Of a stretch of DNA of 64,000 bases, positions 25,001-40,000 are shown in pieces. Source of the DNA: Aplysia californica (taxonomy: Eukaryota); NCBI RefSeq assembly GCF_000002075.1, contig NW_004797472.1:717693-781692 (forward strand). The letters are read 5' to 3'. Position 1 is the stretch's first letter. Every line of letters starts with the position of its first letter. The position numbers were made by a program, and so were the translations under genes. Below the pieces are notes generated by a model, which did not search any database, was not told the DNA's origin, and saw only the letters and a program-made list of their open reading frames with translations.

Positions 25001-28000
25001 TTCTTTCCGTAGAGATAGCAAGGCAGAATGTGAGAATGCTCGTCGATAGCATGTGGGCGGGGCCCAGGTTTTGCGAGTATTCTCGTCCGTAGCACTGAAT
25101 GAATTCATAAACAGATCTGATGTTCTGGTTGTTTCACAGTGTCCAAAGATGCAGGTTTTGCTCAGGAGGCCCTGGCAGGTCTGGCAAGTAAAGAAAACTT
25201 CAAGCAGGTCGAGCTCCGGCGTAGTGACTCCGGGTCGTCTGTTCACGGGCAACGGCTTGACCCGTTCAATGAGGTCATGCTGTTACATGTCAAAGGTAAG
25301 GTGACAATGAATTGGATTTTGTGCAGTTTTAACTGTTTTCTACAATTTCTGCTTTGTTGAAAATGTCACAGATGATGTTTATGAAGCTGTTTATATTACA
25401 AGAAAGTGTGGGTCGGTTGTTAAAATGAATTTTAACGAAATGTGGAATCAGGTGCTCATCAATTTTTGGGAATATGGAGTCATTATTATCATCTGAAAGC
25501 TTGTTCATTTGTCTTGCTTCTGCTGAAAAAGAACTACCCTTTTATTTTGATCAGAAAGTAGAGAAAGCCATGGAGGTTATTTGGGAAGTTGCGCAAGCTT
25601 TTGGATGGAAGGATGACGAGGCTATACTGACTAGCGTATTCATTTTATTTATTATCATACTGTTTTGCAGGTCGACGCATGGTGCAGACTCGGTTAGTCG
25701 AGCCACACACAAGGTCACTCAACGGAGGTGACTGCTTCATTTTGGTCACAATGGACAAAATTATCCTGTGGGAGGGTCAGTTCGCCAACGTCATTGAAAA
25801 GGCAAAGGTCAGTACACAGCGCCTACACCATTGATGACATGTCATTTGCACTTATGTCAAGAAGATATCTGCTCAGGGATGCCATTTTTCTGTTATTTCC
25901 TTTTTTCCTTGTTATTTTTGGCATCGTCTGTTACTAAGGAACTTTGTTTTATTGTTGAACTGATACGATGTTGTTTTGTTGCACTTGTTGCTTCATCGCA
26001 TGCTAAATCAGTCTCGAAAATATTTTCAGTTATTTTAACAAAAGTCCAGTGGCATCCCTGATCTGCTGTCCGCATCGTGAAAAGCGAAAAGATCTGTTGT
26101 TGTTTGAGGGATGTATGTTTCTGTATTGTGAGTGTGTTTCGTGTATTCAGTGTTGGATGCTCTTTGAGATGTCTATGTGGTCATGGAAAGGAAGGAATGA
26201 GGTGGCCACTGTTATGGCGATCCCTTCTACTTCTTTTTATTGTTGCAATGTTCCTAATCTGGTTTTATTTTTGTTGTTGTTGTTTTTTTAATAGATGGTA
26301 GGCGGGTGCTATTGTGTGATTTATTCCTTCTTTCCTATCAAACATCTATTATCCTTATCTCTCCTCCTTCTCTTATTTGTATGTTACTATCTAGTAATAC
26401 CTCTAATCTTTGGCACTTATATGACCAAATTGTGTTGCGAGTGCCGTAAAATTTTTACTAAAACTAAAGCAACTGACACAGCTTGTGCCCAGGCAAGTGG
26501 TTTGAAGGTAACATCGGTGTGCCCTACATCTTCACTCTCCCTCTGATGTTTCCGTCTCTTTGTTTATTAATTACCCATCACAGAAGGACCATTCTGTTAA
26601 TAATAATGATAATAATTGCATTTATATAGCACTTATCCATGCTCTAGAGCATGCTCTATGCGCTTTACAACTATTATTACCACAGCAGACCCTCTGAGAA
26701 CACTCAGAAACATTCTCGGCTTCTGCGGAAGCATACGGTGCAAGCTGCTGATTTCACACGCTCAAACACTATCAAACTGACAAGATCGTTCAGTGTCTAT
26801 TGCCAGTTACTCTATAGCCAGTTACCCATTTCCACCAGGGTGAAGTGAGGAGAATTCGTACAAAGTGCCTTTCCCAAGAACACAATGTCAGGCCCCTGGT
26901 GGGATTCCAACCCACAACCTTACGGTTGCGGGTCCGAGAGCCTAACCAGTAGCAGAGATGCCAGTCTGTTTTAAAAATACACTTTTTTAAACGCATTTTA
27001 GTATACATGCGCAAAAAGTGAAAAAAAATGCGCAAAAAAAAAGTTATTTTAATTTTTGGTTCCGATAGAAAAGTAAATTTAGTCTTTTTGTCCGACTGTT
27101 ACGGAGTTACAGCCAATGTTGATAATCGCACAGTAACATACAATGGTCCCATCGATACAGGTATCGAAGAAACAAGAGAGCCCTTTTTTCTTATGCTATT
27201 ATAGTTTATCAAGCATGTGGTATATGGTATCAGCATGACTTGTACATAACAACTGCATATAGTGTAAATAGGTGAGTTTTACATAGACTTTGTAGTTTGA
27301 ATGAAGCAATGTTTCAACAAGACACTTCACTGTGACTCTGGCAAATGTTTGGGACAATGCTAAAAAAAAAATAAATTAATATGGTTTGTTCGAATACTGT
27401 TTTACTCATGCTTCGTTAGAGTAAGAATTTTTGTGCCAAAATAAGAATTTTTAGTGCTGAATATAAGAGAAAAAAAACTTTCAGAGTTTGGCATCTTTGC
27501 ACTAGGCCATCGTGTACATCACTGTAGCTTGAGTGTGTTGTTCCCAGGCGGCTGATCTGGCCAGCTACATCCTCCAGAAACGAGACATGGGCTGTAAGAA
27601 GGCCACAGAGGTGAGCACCGTGCTACAGGCCAAGGACCACCTCGGGGCGGGCAAACTGTTCTACCAGGCTCTCGAGGGGGACAAGCAGTGTCAAGGTGAG
27701 TGGTAACCTTTGCAGAGGTCGTTTGATTTAATTTGTGAGTTTTTAACGGACAAAGGCTTAGTTGATAAAGGAACGGCTGTCCTTCACTGGACTAGCATCG
27801 ATCTCATGGAGCATGGGTTTCTTTCATTTACCTGACAACTGTCTAAAAAAGTCAGACTTTTTAACTCCGCTGCTTGAGTGTGAGCATAAATCAACAGTAC
27901 AGGGGATATTTTATTATCTTTTCAGGCAAAACCCCTTGAGGTGCTATGAGTTTGAAAGTTTTCAGGCAAAACGGTTGTGGCTAAATTTTACCTATGCCGT

Positions 28001-31000
28001 GGGGACAAGTGTTGTGCACTCTGCGGTCTGCTTGAGTGGAAAGTGTTAAACAAATACGTGCTTAGTTTCATAATGGTTTGCTCGTGTTGTCCTCAGCATG
28101 TGGCCCTGATGCGGAGGATGAGTTGTACGAGAACAGCGTGGTTCGCTCCAACATGGTGTACAGGCTGGAGGGCAACGCTCTCAAACCCTACACTGAGTAC
28201 TGGGGAGCAGTTCCTCGACACGAGATGCTCAAGAGAAATGAGGTAAGGGAAAGTGAATGCTGTACAGTGAAATCGTGTTAAGTTGGCTCTTGTGGTGTGT
28301 ATCTTCCTTTTTCTACTTTTTGTGGTGTGTAAGTTTTCTCCTAATCTGCCTCGTGGTAAAATGTGGATGATGTTACCAATCATGGGAAATTAATACCAAG
28401 TATTCAATTACAGTACTTCTTAATGCTGAAATTATAAAGAAATTGAAATATGTTTAAAATTATTTATTCCTTGTATTCCCAGTTCATTGATCTTTGACTT
28501 GCAGAGCACATGCAAAGAGGAACATGGTAGATTAGAGGCCAATTAAAAGAAAAAGAAACTTGGGCAAAACTTGTGATGAAGCATGATGAACAAAGAGTTG
28601 TCTTTATCAGTGCAAAATGTGTCATTGTTTTACTGAAATAGTGACCGTGGCTTATGGATTTACTATGTATTACAAACTAGTTGATGAGACATGTCGTTTT
28701 AGCTAGGGTTAATTTCATCTCTTTTTTGGATAAAAAAATCCATTTTTTTAATGAGGAAAAGCAAAATCTCACAAATTACTGGTACATTGGATATGCGCAT
28801 TCTTACGTTGGTTTGTCTTTCCCGCTTCCCACAGGTGATTGTGTTCGACTTCGGCACCGAGTTCTACGTATGGCAGGGCAAACAGGTCACCATGGAGCAG
28901 AGGAAGTTGGGCCTGAAACTGGCGCGGAAACTCTACGACAAGGGCTACGACTACACAGAGAGTGCCATCAACCCCTTCTCTCCTCTACGTAGTAAGTTGA
29001 GACCTCGCTTTAACCCTCGTCTTGTGGGAGCCAGGTTGATGTTCCCCGATAAACGTATTTTAGCGCCTCGCCTTCTGACAGTCCCGTATCAGTCCGTCCC
29101 TGGCTCAGCGCGCGTGCATCATCCACTTGTATTTTCTTTCAGATTTTGTTTGTTTGTTATTCACTCTTTGTTCCTTCTACTTTTCTTTTCTGTCAGTTTG
29201 TCAGTTGTCCTCTCAGCTTTTCTTGGAACTTACAGAAGACTTTCCACGAAATTTTGAAGATCCAGAAGCAGGATACTGTTTCTTTTTGTATTTCTCATCC
29301 AGTGCACTTTGCTCACATTTTTCTTCAGCTGAGGAAGATGGTGGCTGGCGGCGGCGGGTGCTCTGGTGTGGTTTGTTCCTTCTTTCCTATCAAACGTCTA
29401 TCATCCTTATCTCTCCTCCTACTTTTTTGTGTATGTTACTCTCTTGGAACACCTCTATTCTTCAGCACTTATATTACCTTGTTGTGTTGCAAGTGCCGAA
29501 AAACTCTTACAAAAACTAAAAAATACTTCTTTCAGCTGAAGAGGATGGTGGTGTCCCCCTAAAGGCAGCAGTAAGGCCCAAGTGGTCAGTGTTTGGCAAA
29601 GTCAACCAGAACATGGAGACGGTAGTGTTCCGGGAGAAGTTTGCTGACTGGCCCGACTCCTCTCGGATCATCGGCTGTCGAGGGCATGCTTCAGCATCTG
29701 AAGCTGCCAGTGTGAGTTTTTGCTACTTTTCTTTATATAGAAGTTGTTTAGCCTTTTGCTTTGGGTATTTCAATCGTTGTTTTCCTGAGCTGAGTTACAG
29801 TCAAAATACTGAGTATGTATCTGGCTTAAGATTACTATTGTGTATATTACTGTTCATTTATATTATACTTGTGACTGTAAGCCTGCACACACCTTATATA
29901 TATATATATATGTGTTGCAAGTTTCGCAAAACACTTACTAAAACTTTTTTTAAATGAAAGTTTACCTCTTCTGACAGGATTTAAAAAGCCATATGTTCTG
30001 AAATATCCACCTTTTTTTTAAAAAGTTTGTCTTAGCTTTCAACTGAACTCTTATTTTGCAACTTTCAGAAAGACCTCCTGGAGCTGAAACCGTTTGACGC
30101 GTCCCAGATGATCCCTCTGAGCACGGCGCCGGTCACTCTCAAACTGGAGGGAGACAACCTTGGACGAGGCCTCAAGTGGACAGAAGACATGCAAGGCTTC
30201 ATCAAGCAGAAGGTGAGTGCTGCCAGTCACCGCCACAGTGGAGTAAACATTATCTATTACCTCCCAGCTTGTTCTCAAATTTTAAAAAAAATGTTGGGGG
30301 ATGGGGGGCAGATTGTATTTATTATACATTTTTTTCCCTCCTTTTTTTGGGGGGGGGGAGGGGGGCATGTTCTCTTTTTTAAAGAATAAGTTGACAGGTA
30401 GGCTAAGCTAACAATAGGCTAGGCAAGAAGTTATCCATATCTTTACCCACTTCTGTACTGCTTGCCTCTATATGGATGTCCCTTTTCAAAAGCAAAGCTC
30501 AAAAAAGGTACCAAAGGGAAATAAAATGGAGGATGAATGTAAATGCTGTATGCTCCTCTGTGAGGCTACAATCAGCAGCCCAGAATATGGTGCTGAGATC
30601 TCTAAAAATAGATAATTATGATGACGTCCTTTAGGTAATCCAATCAACAACCTATGAATTGTTCAGAGAGCTCCAAGAATAGAAAATGAATGTTGCGTGT
30701 CTCTCATCAGGACATCATCACGCTGGACGTGGCTGTGTGGCACGTCTTGGAATACGACCACTCCAAGATGCCTCGCTCCAGTCACGGTCAGTTTCACGAC
30801 GGGGACACGTACGTGGTCCGGTGGCAGTACATGATTGCTAATGCCAGTGAGTTCTTTGTTGGTACTTCTGTTTTATGCCACTTATACGGTGGTTTTTAAG
30901 CACAAGGGGGCTATCCCGAAAAATGCTCCGTGTTCAGTTTCTTTGAAAGACAAGGAGAGTTTTCTCTATAACGAAACAAACATGCACACCAGTGAAACTA

Positions 31001-34000
31001 AACTTCTCATATAGGCAGAGCAATGCCCTCTTTTGGTGTAGATCAAGATCTCTGGAAACCTCCGAAATTTGGGTTAGCCCACTTGTCCTTAAAAGTGACC
31101 ATATGTTTTACGCCACAGTCAATACTATTTATATCATTCGGGGAGACTGATTATTTTGACCCTACCTTGTTAAGGCCTCCTTTAGGTGTGTTGGATATAT
31201 CCACCAGGAATTGATTTTTATAAAAAATCTTCTCCTCTTGAGTCTTAAACTCGCATTCATTATGTGCAAAGAAAAGAGCTTTATCATTTACTCACATGTA
31301 AGAAGTTTGCTCTGTGTTGCTACACCCAGGGTGACTGGCCGGCCCTGGGAGTCCCGGGGGCCCCGCGAATTACCCAGGAATTTGATTAAAATCATCAAGA
31401 CCTGGGAATGCCCGGGGTATTTGAGGAAATCTGTAAATTCCCCCGGGGAAAAAAACGGGAAGACCCGTGAAAACACGAAGTGCTCGTCTATTTCAAGAAC
31501 CAAATCCGATAAGGTCAGGAAGTTCATTTTGCCAGTCGCAATTGTGATATTCGTTCGGCTTTTCGCAGTTCGAGAGTATGTTTCCCACAAACAGGCGGCT
31601 ATGGCGGCAGGCGAAAGTGTATGTGGGATACCGAGGCTCGATCAGTCTACTTTCGCTTTTGTTACCACCTAGAACTTTGCCAATGATAGTCTGATAAGTT
31701 AATCACCAGCCTTTTTATTTTTAAAAAGTATGTTCTTGAACTTTTCACCTTGGGAAGAGTTCTATTAAAGTAGTCTCTGGAAAACATTTTAAAAAATTTT
31801 CTGGACAAATGACACTTTATAATGGGACTCTATTTTTGCTTGTGTGTGTATTTGTTGACTGTAGAGCATGACAACACTTTGCCAGCTTTCTGAGACAAAT
31901 AATAATGTTATTGTTATTTTGATAAAGTTTTGGATATTGCTAAGAGTTTATAATATGCCAATTTGCTAAGCCAAACTGTGCAGGTCTGCTTGTGATAAAT
32001 GCCTTTGTCTAAGTGACCTTACTTATAGAAATAAAGTTTTCTCTGTGTGATTCACATGCTATGTGTCTGCGTTCATGATAATTTGTGTCTTGACATGGTT
32101 TATGATCAACGTCAGGGGTAAGCTTGTACAGTTATCCTTATTGATCTTGAAATTGAAAAAGCTGTGAACTGAGTATTAAAGAAACACAGTAGACAGCGGG
32201 GTAGATTTCACAATGAGTTCAGGAAGATTCATATCTTAGCTTTAACAGCAGTTTTGCTTATCTTTGACTGACTACTTCTTTTTTTGCCTCAGATCTGCGC
32301 AGCTTGAAGGGCAGTGCAGCCAGGAATTCTCTAACGGGCCGAGAGAGGTGTGCGTATTTCTTCTGGCAAGGAAACAATTCCACCATCAACGAAAAAGGTG
32401 CATCAGCTCTGATGACTGTGGAATTGGACGAAGAGAGGGGGCCGCAGGTATCTATGATGATTATTTAGCTCTGCCAGAATAAGATTTTCCAATGTCTATG
32501 CAACTTCTATTGTTTTTTAGTATTAATTGAAAGTTACATCAGTTTTATATTTTATCTCTAATAAATGGTACTCTTACTTCTGTACAAGCCTTTATTTGCT
32601 ATCAATTCTGCTTGCCAAAAGCAATAGTATGTCTTTAAAATATTGCAAAATCACATCCTTAACAAAATATTTGCATGGGCAACAACTTCAGGGGAATAAT
32701 TGTTCATTTTTCGCCACATGTATGACCACCTTTGGGAATGCAACGGCTTTTTCATCATCTTGATCATTGCCTTTCTCACCCTGCACCAGGGTATAGGCCG
32801 CAAAAAAACACTTTCCACCTTTATCTCTTGATGTTGTTCCATGTCTTCCCACTTTTCTGTACATTTCTGTGATTTTTCTCCAGGTTCCATGCAGTCTTTC
32901 CTTTGGTCTTTTACCCTGTGGAGACCAGCCCAACACTTTCTTTCTTATGCAGCTGCTAACAGCTTTTTGATTAGTAAAATTATGGCGTGTCTAGGCCAAG
33001 GTACTTACAGTTTCATGCAGCCTGCAACTATCATGCTCGATTGCAATGTCTTTACTTGTTCCCTCAGGTTCGAGTGTTGGAGGGCAAAGAACCTCCCTGT
33101 TTTCTCAACCTGTTTGAGGGCAAGATGGTGCTGCACATCGGGAAGAGAGAGGAGCCGTCCACCAACACTCAGGGGCCCTGGAGGTTGTACTGCCTCAGGG
33201 GAGACTACGAGAACGAGGTCTATCTGCTAGAGGTCAGTGCTCTGTGATGTTTTTTTATTTGTTTGTTTTTCTGGTAAGTCGCGACCTCAGTGCTTTGTTG
33301 TCGTATCTCCATTTTTAATAACAGTGAAAACAGTTCATAACAAAGACTGAGCTTAAGAAGAAGTCACATTTTCACAGTTTTAAAAAATGGGGATACGACA
33401 AGAAAAAACTGAGGTCGCAAAGTATTTTACAACGCTCGCAACTGCATAAGATCATGTGAGCACGCTGGACACCTGAAACATTTTCAGTTGGTAGGAAATT
33501 TTGAATTTTGCTTGAGTGCCAGCCGAAGCCTACTCTTATCGATGCTGGACCGCCGAGGGATGTTTATAGTGTGCAACTTGCACGTGGGGGCCTCCGAGAT
33601 TTTTCACCCTTGTCCGAGAAGGCAAGGTGTAGATCTTACCTCATAAGATCACAGTTGTGACTGAAAGACAGCCGTAAGAAGCTTCTAAGGAGAAGCAGTA
33701 AAATGGCTGCAGAAAGAGTCAGGGGCCCAGAGGAGGGGGCAAAGGAGATGACGGGGTTGGGGCAGAAAGTGGAGGCGAAAGCAGACAACAGAACATAGAT
33801 AGAGAGCACTGTGCAGGAAAGGAGGGGAAAGGAGACAATGTTAGAGAAGAAAAATTTCTATCGCTGTCTGGATTTGGACCCAGGACCTATTGAATGAGAG
33901 GAGAACACCTTAACCTCTAGGCCACGAGAGCCCCCTGTGTTGTGTCGGGCTGGCAAGATCATCATCATCATTGCCTTTCTCTCCCTGCACCAGGGTATGG

Positions 34001-37000
34001 GCCGTGGACAAACACTTTCCACCTTTCTCTATCCTGGGCTAGACTCTTGATGTTATTCTATGTCTTCCCACTTTTCTGAACATCAGTTTCTATGATTCTT
34101 CTCCAGGTTCTCCGGAGTCTTCCCCTTGATCTTTTACTTTGTGGATTCCAATCCAACACTTTCTTTGTTATGCAGCTGCCTTATCGCTCGCAAGAGTTTT
34201 AGATAATCCACCTTGAGAATCTCAATTACAGGGAACCTTACGCCAAGCGTAAACAAACTTGTTGCCCAGAAAAGATGCCTAACATCCAGCCCTGACAAAC
34301 AGGCATGGAGAGCAAAAATTGTAACACCTTGATTTGTTATCATTTTAACTTTTTTCTGTTTTTATTCCTTCCCTTGTTTATATGACGTTTAGTTTTCCAT
34401 TGTTAAATGAGTGTCTATCCAGCTCAGCCCCAACCTTAAGTGTTATCTGTCTGGCCCCTGAGCCACTGAGGTTGACGCACCCTGCCTTAGGGGCACAGAA
34501 GGTCAATCTGATGGCAGTTCCCACAGTGGAATAGCTTATCAGTAGTCGTAAGTTTCATATGCTGAGATTCTTGAGGCAAAAGTGCTCTGTGACTTAACAT
34601 TATGTGTTGGATCAGATGCATGATTATATTCAGGTGGTTCTTACTGATCTGAATTTATTTGAGGGGTTAACTGAAATAATAAAAGTGAAATGAAATGTTG
34701 AAGTGTAAGGTGTGAAAGTTACGGTGTGTTTGTCTTCTATTTCATGAAAACTACATTGTTGTCATTTTTGTCATAACAGTCTTTTGTTGTTCCCAGATCC
34801 CTGTGTGCTTAGAGCATCTACGCAGTCGTTCATCTCTGGTGCTGATCAACGTGAAGACAGGGATGGTGTACATCTGGCATGGTGCAAAATCTCCGTCCCA
34901 TGTTCGTCAAGTGTGTCGCAAAACCGTGGATAGGATAGCAGAACAGTAAGTTGAATTCGTGTCACAAGGAAAAACCCAGTTATGAAATTATCTGTTGTTT
35001 TTTTAAAAATTCTTTGCTGCATTGAGTTGCCATTCTTCACTTGCACTTTTGACACCCGGTTTCTCACTGGCCTTCCATTTTGTTACTTCTGAAGTCTGAC
35101 AGTGTATTTTGAACATCCGTTGTTCCAGTAAATCAAAATTTGTAAAAATTTGCATCATAGTAACAGACAGATAATGGGATCAGTAAGCATTTGGACAGGG
35201 ATGTCCTTTGCCCAAACTCAGGCGCTCGCTAAAATCTCGTGAAAAGCGGAGGCACCTGACAATGCTCTCTATCATGCAGCACCCCTACGATCCTCATGGG
35301 TTATGAGATCTTTAAGCAGTAACAGACACATCTGTCTCGACTATTAAGATTTGTAGTGTTCGTCTGCTCTGGTCAACATTGTATGTCTTATGGTCATTGT
35401 GCATGGGGTTGAATACACCTACATGTGGCAGAAAATGATGGTAACAGTGACTGCATGATGGTGGTGGAAGTCTGTGCTGAGTTGCACCATCTTGTGTCTC
35501 TGTAAGTGTTGCTTTTACTTTGATCAAATATGCCTTTGGGGGCTCTCGTGGTCTAGAGGTTAAGGTGTTGGTCTCTCATTCAAAGGTCCCGGGTTTGAAT
35601 CCGGGTAGCGACCGAAAAATTTTCTTCTCTAAAATTGTCTCCTTTAACCTCCTTTCCAACTCTCTAGCAATATTCTGTCATCTGCTTTCGTCTCCTCTTT
35701 CTGCCCCCACCCCCTCACCTCCTTTGCCCCCTCCTCTGGGCTCCTGACTCTTTCTGCAGCCTTTCTACTGCTACTCCTTCTTACAGCGGTCTTTCTGCCA
35801 CACCCCTGATCTTCTGGTAGGAAAGATCTACTCCAAGCCTTCTTGGACAAGGGCGAAAAATCTCGGAGGGCCCGTGTGCAAGTTGCGCACGTTAAAGATC
35901 CCTTGGTGGTCTCTCTCTCTCTCTCTCTCTCTCTTCTGGCGCTGTGGCTTCATAAACGGTCAGCGATGCCGACAGCACACAGGAACTCAACACTTGCCCG
36001 GGGGTCCTTAAAAAGTGCTGAAAGTGGGTTACTGAAATGTCCCAGCAGACGGTCCTTGGTGGTCTAAAATCGATAAGAGTAGGCTTTGGCCGCCACCCAG
36101 GCAAAATTCAAAATTTCCTACCAACTTAAAGTATTTGATGTGTCCTGCGCGCTCATATGACCTTATGCAGTTGCGAGCGCCGTGAAAAAAACACTTACCA
36201 AAAGCAAAAGCAAAATATGCCTTTCTCTGTTTTTTTGTCCTTCTTTTTCATTCCTGAAACTTGAGTTGACTTTCCACTTCAGTTACCTGCGACATTCTGC
36301 TATATGTCTCCTAGGCTTTTTAAATAAACTCTGTTAGGTCAGATCTTTCTCCCTTAGTAGAATTCTTGAAATTAAGATTTGTTTCCGTATTGAAGAAATT
36401 GACATTTTTTACCTTTTTTTTAGAATTTACTCATTCTGTAGTTCTCCAGTGAGGAGATCTTTTTAACATGGTTCCAGGAAAGCACTTTTAAGAAATATTT
36501 CTGAAATGAATTAGGCAGTTGTGTATATATTGAGAAATATGCACACAGTATGCACACAATGCAAACAAACTGTTAAGTTCCTTTTATGTTGTTACATTTA
36601 AGCCGAACAATTCTGTGTTTAAAATATTCTTCTTTTGGTGTCAGTGGCAAAGGAATTACTTATATTTTCTTCTCACTTCACAGTCGTCCCCCAGAGCTAG
36701 GTTTTCATGATGATGCCACTGTGTTGATAACTGAAATGGATGAAGGAGAGGAAAAACCTGAGGTTTGGGTAGCCCTTGATGGAAGGGACCGAAAGCTGTA
36801 CCATTCATTGCTCACTGGTAAGTATTTTTGAGTAAAATATCTTATTGGTCTACTTAAATCAACCGATAAAGCTATTGGGTTTTGCTGTTTTGCTAGTCTT
36901 CCTTAACACTTTGCAGTCACTTGCCGCAATAATGCGACAGTTAAAATGATCCTTTCCGGTCACCTGACTCACTTCTTTGCTTGGCCCGAGAAGTCCGTTG

Positions 37001-40000
37001 CAGCCACTCTCCTGGCTGGGTGACCAGATGGGGTATTTTGTACTGCTGGCTGTGTGATTGCAAAGTGTTAAATAAGCAGTTTTGGCAGTCTAGTGGTTAG
37101 ACTGCCAGACTCCTAATCATGAGGTTGTGAGTTAACAGTTTGAAGCTCAATTTGGCTCGTCTTTGTGTCCTTGGGAATGGCACCAAAGTGCTATCAGATC
37201 TATTGAGGTAAATTATATAGATTGTAAAGCTCATAGAGCTTGCTGTTAGCAGGAATTCGTCACACTTTGCAAATGCTTTTTTATTGTTGTTGTGTTTGGG
37301 GTTTTTTTTTATTTGTCTTGTTTAATAGTAATTCCTTTTATCGACGCCCCTTCCCCCCTTTCCCCCTTTGAATTGGAATGCTAACTAATAGAAAACCCCT
37401 TGAATAGTTGAGTAACACTCCTGGGCTTGTATTATCAGATGCACATATGTTATTTATTTTGTGTGTTTTGTCTATGCTTTCTTTTGTTCCTTCTTTCTTT
37501 CTTCTCTTCTGAGTCTCTTCCTACCTTGCCGAGTACTTAACCTTCACAATGACTTGTTTGTATCTTGTTGCTAGGCAAAATGCTCATAAAAATTCCAAAT
37601 GAATGGAACATTTATTTATGCTTGTGTTTCTTTCTTCCCCTCTCAGACCCATTGCCATACCGAGACACGTTACGCCTGTTTCACATGTCCAGTGTGAACC
37701 TAGTGTTTGAGGTTCATGAACAACTGAACCCAGCGCGCGTGCCAGATCTGGTCACACCATTCCCCTTCCTCCAGTCCGACTTATACAAGACCTCACAACC
37801 TGGTAAGTCTGTGGTCTCTCCCTTCTCCGTATCAGTTTTTCACTTTGAGCTGAGTAAAAAAAATAACAACTCTGAGGGGGAAAATGTAACAGGCTAAATA
37901 GCTGGCTACAGTATAACACGGAAAGGTGGAACACAGAATGCTCGAAATCACGCATCCGTCGAAGTGTGCCTGTGGTCCTGGGGTTGTTGTTTTTTTTCTT
38001 CATCTTTGAAAGATATCCCTCAAACTACTGAGGCCGGTCCCGACGAATTCGAGCTATCAGTGTTGTACTGTATATTAATCTCAGAATGAGAAAGGCACTT
38101 GTTGGTGTGGGTTCGAAAATTTTAGAAATCTTTTCTCCTTCCCATCTGTTTGTTTCTTCCATGTTAATAGATAGTCCATCGTCTTTAATTTATGGGATAT
38201 TTGGTTAAAGGGTGACATACAATGATATCATATGAAGACTAATATCTTTTTTAAAGTCGGTGTGATTAATCCATTGTGTCCTGCATGCCTTCTCCGCCTT
38301 TCTTCCTTTTGTACTCTTCTCTATCTATCAGGCTTATATGTTTTCTAACTTCTGAAAGGGTTACATGTATTTGTGTTCAGTGAGGCCGTGTCCCTTTTCA
38401 AATTTTCAGAGTGGGTAGTTGGCGGGTGCTCTGGTATGGTTTGCTCCTTCTTTCCTATCAAACATCTGTCGTCCTGATCTCTCCTCCTTCTTTTTTAATG
38501 TTTGTTACTCTCTTGTAACTCCTCTAATCTTCGCTTCTTCTATTACCTTGTTGTGTTGCTAGTGCGGGAAAACTTACTAAAACTAAAATTTTCAGAAAAG
38601 AAACAAAACATACCTCAGTGAACTAATCCTATAACCCCACCACCCCCCGCCCTCCTCCTCCCCCTTTCCACCTCCCCCTTTCCCCCTCCCCACCTTTTCC
38701 CATCTGTCTCCTCTTCCCCATTTCTTAGATATTCACCTCCTCCTCCCTCCCTCCCTCCTCCCTCCTCTCCTCTCCCTCCCTCCCGCCTACACCCCCCCCC
38801 CTCCTACTCCTTCCCTCCTTCCCCCCCCCCCCCCAACTCTCTTGTGACTCCCCCAGCTCTGTACCTGGTGGACAACCATCACGAGGTGTACCTGTGGCAG
38901 GGCTGGTGGCCGGTGGGTTCGCACGAGGACGAGAACGTCCACACTGGCAGCGCCACAGCTCGCTTCAACATGGATCGCCGCTGTGCCATGGAGACCACAC
39001 TGCACTACTGCAAAGGTACCACTCTTACTTGCACTGGTGGTGTAACAGTATTATATCAGAGACCTAGCAATGTAAACGAGACAATACAGCTTGGGCCAGA
39101 CAGCGAATCTGACCTATCCTGTGACAACAGGAACTGGGGCAGTAAACTTAAATAAACATGGCTGATTCTAAAAACACACACTGTAAGTGGTGTGATGCAA
39201 TAAACTGCACTAATTAAAAAATCAGACAACCTGAATTAGCTTTTTATCGGTTTCCTAAAGACCCTGAAAGGTAAGTCAGTTGGTGGATAAGTAGATAAAG
39301 TTTAAATAGCATATTATTCAGTGAAAATTTGTTTTAAAACACATACCTTTTGTATTCACCTTGAATGAAAGCGTGTATTGTGACTTGGGCACTCCTGATG
39401 GCAGTCCCATTTGCACTTAATGCCCCTGTAGTGTGTTTCTTATTTAGATCTAAACTGAATTGAAATTATATCTAATCAAGATCTAGAATCTAGATCTTGT
39501 TTTTCTCTCTTTCAGGAAGGTGGTGGATGGGTGCTCTGGTGTGGTTTGCTCCCTCTTTCCTATCAGACATCTATGGTCCTTATCTCTCCTCCTTTTCTTG
39601 TGTTTGTTACTCTTGTAACACTTCTAATCTTCAGCACTTATATGACTTTATTGTGTTGAAAGTGCCATAAAACTTTTACTTAAACTAAAACTCAGTAATG
39701 ATTGTCTCTTTTGCATTTTTCAGAGAAGAATCCTTCTGACCCACCCAAAGCCTTCTTGGTTTGTGCTGGATTGGAACCCAAGTGCTTCACTTCTCTGTTC
39801 CCTTACTGGCATGTGGATACTATTGTGAGAGACATTGCGTTAGAGGTAAGAGGATCATACATAGATAAAGTATGATCAAAAGCTTACTTTTTAAAAAAAT
39901 ATTTGTTATTGATATTCTTGAGGGTCTGTATTAAGTGTGCGTGTAGATATAGAGATTCCTCTCGGTCCACATGAAATGTGTGAATGGATGTATATATTCA

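Noticed and set aside
31326-31672. GC-rich block with 153-aa ORF and CAGGG start
   Set aside because: Probably one end of a hAT-like element, but no partner TIR or TSD found and the ORF has no recognisable domain
35538-35612. tRNA gene-like sequences (also 40846, 59228, 9430, 61790)
   Set aside because: Degenerate cloverleaf continuing into repeat bodies; these are SINE heads rather than tRNA genes
38635-38835. 200-bp C-rich polypyrimidine tract before an exon
   Set aside because: Low-complexity DNA common in this genome; G4/H-DNA potential but no specific evidence of function
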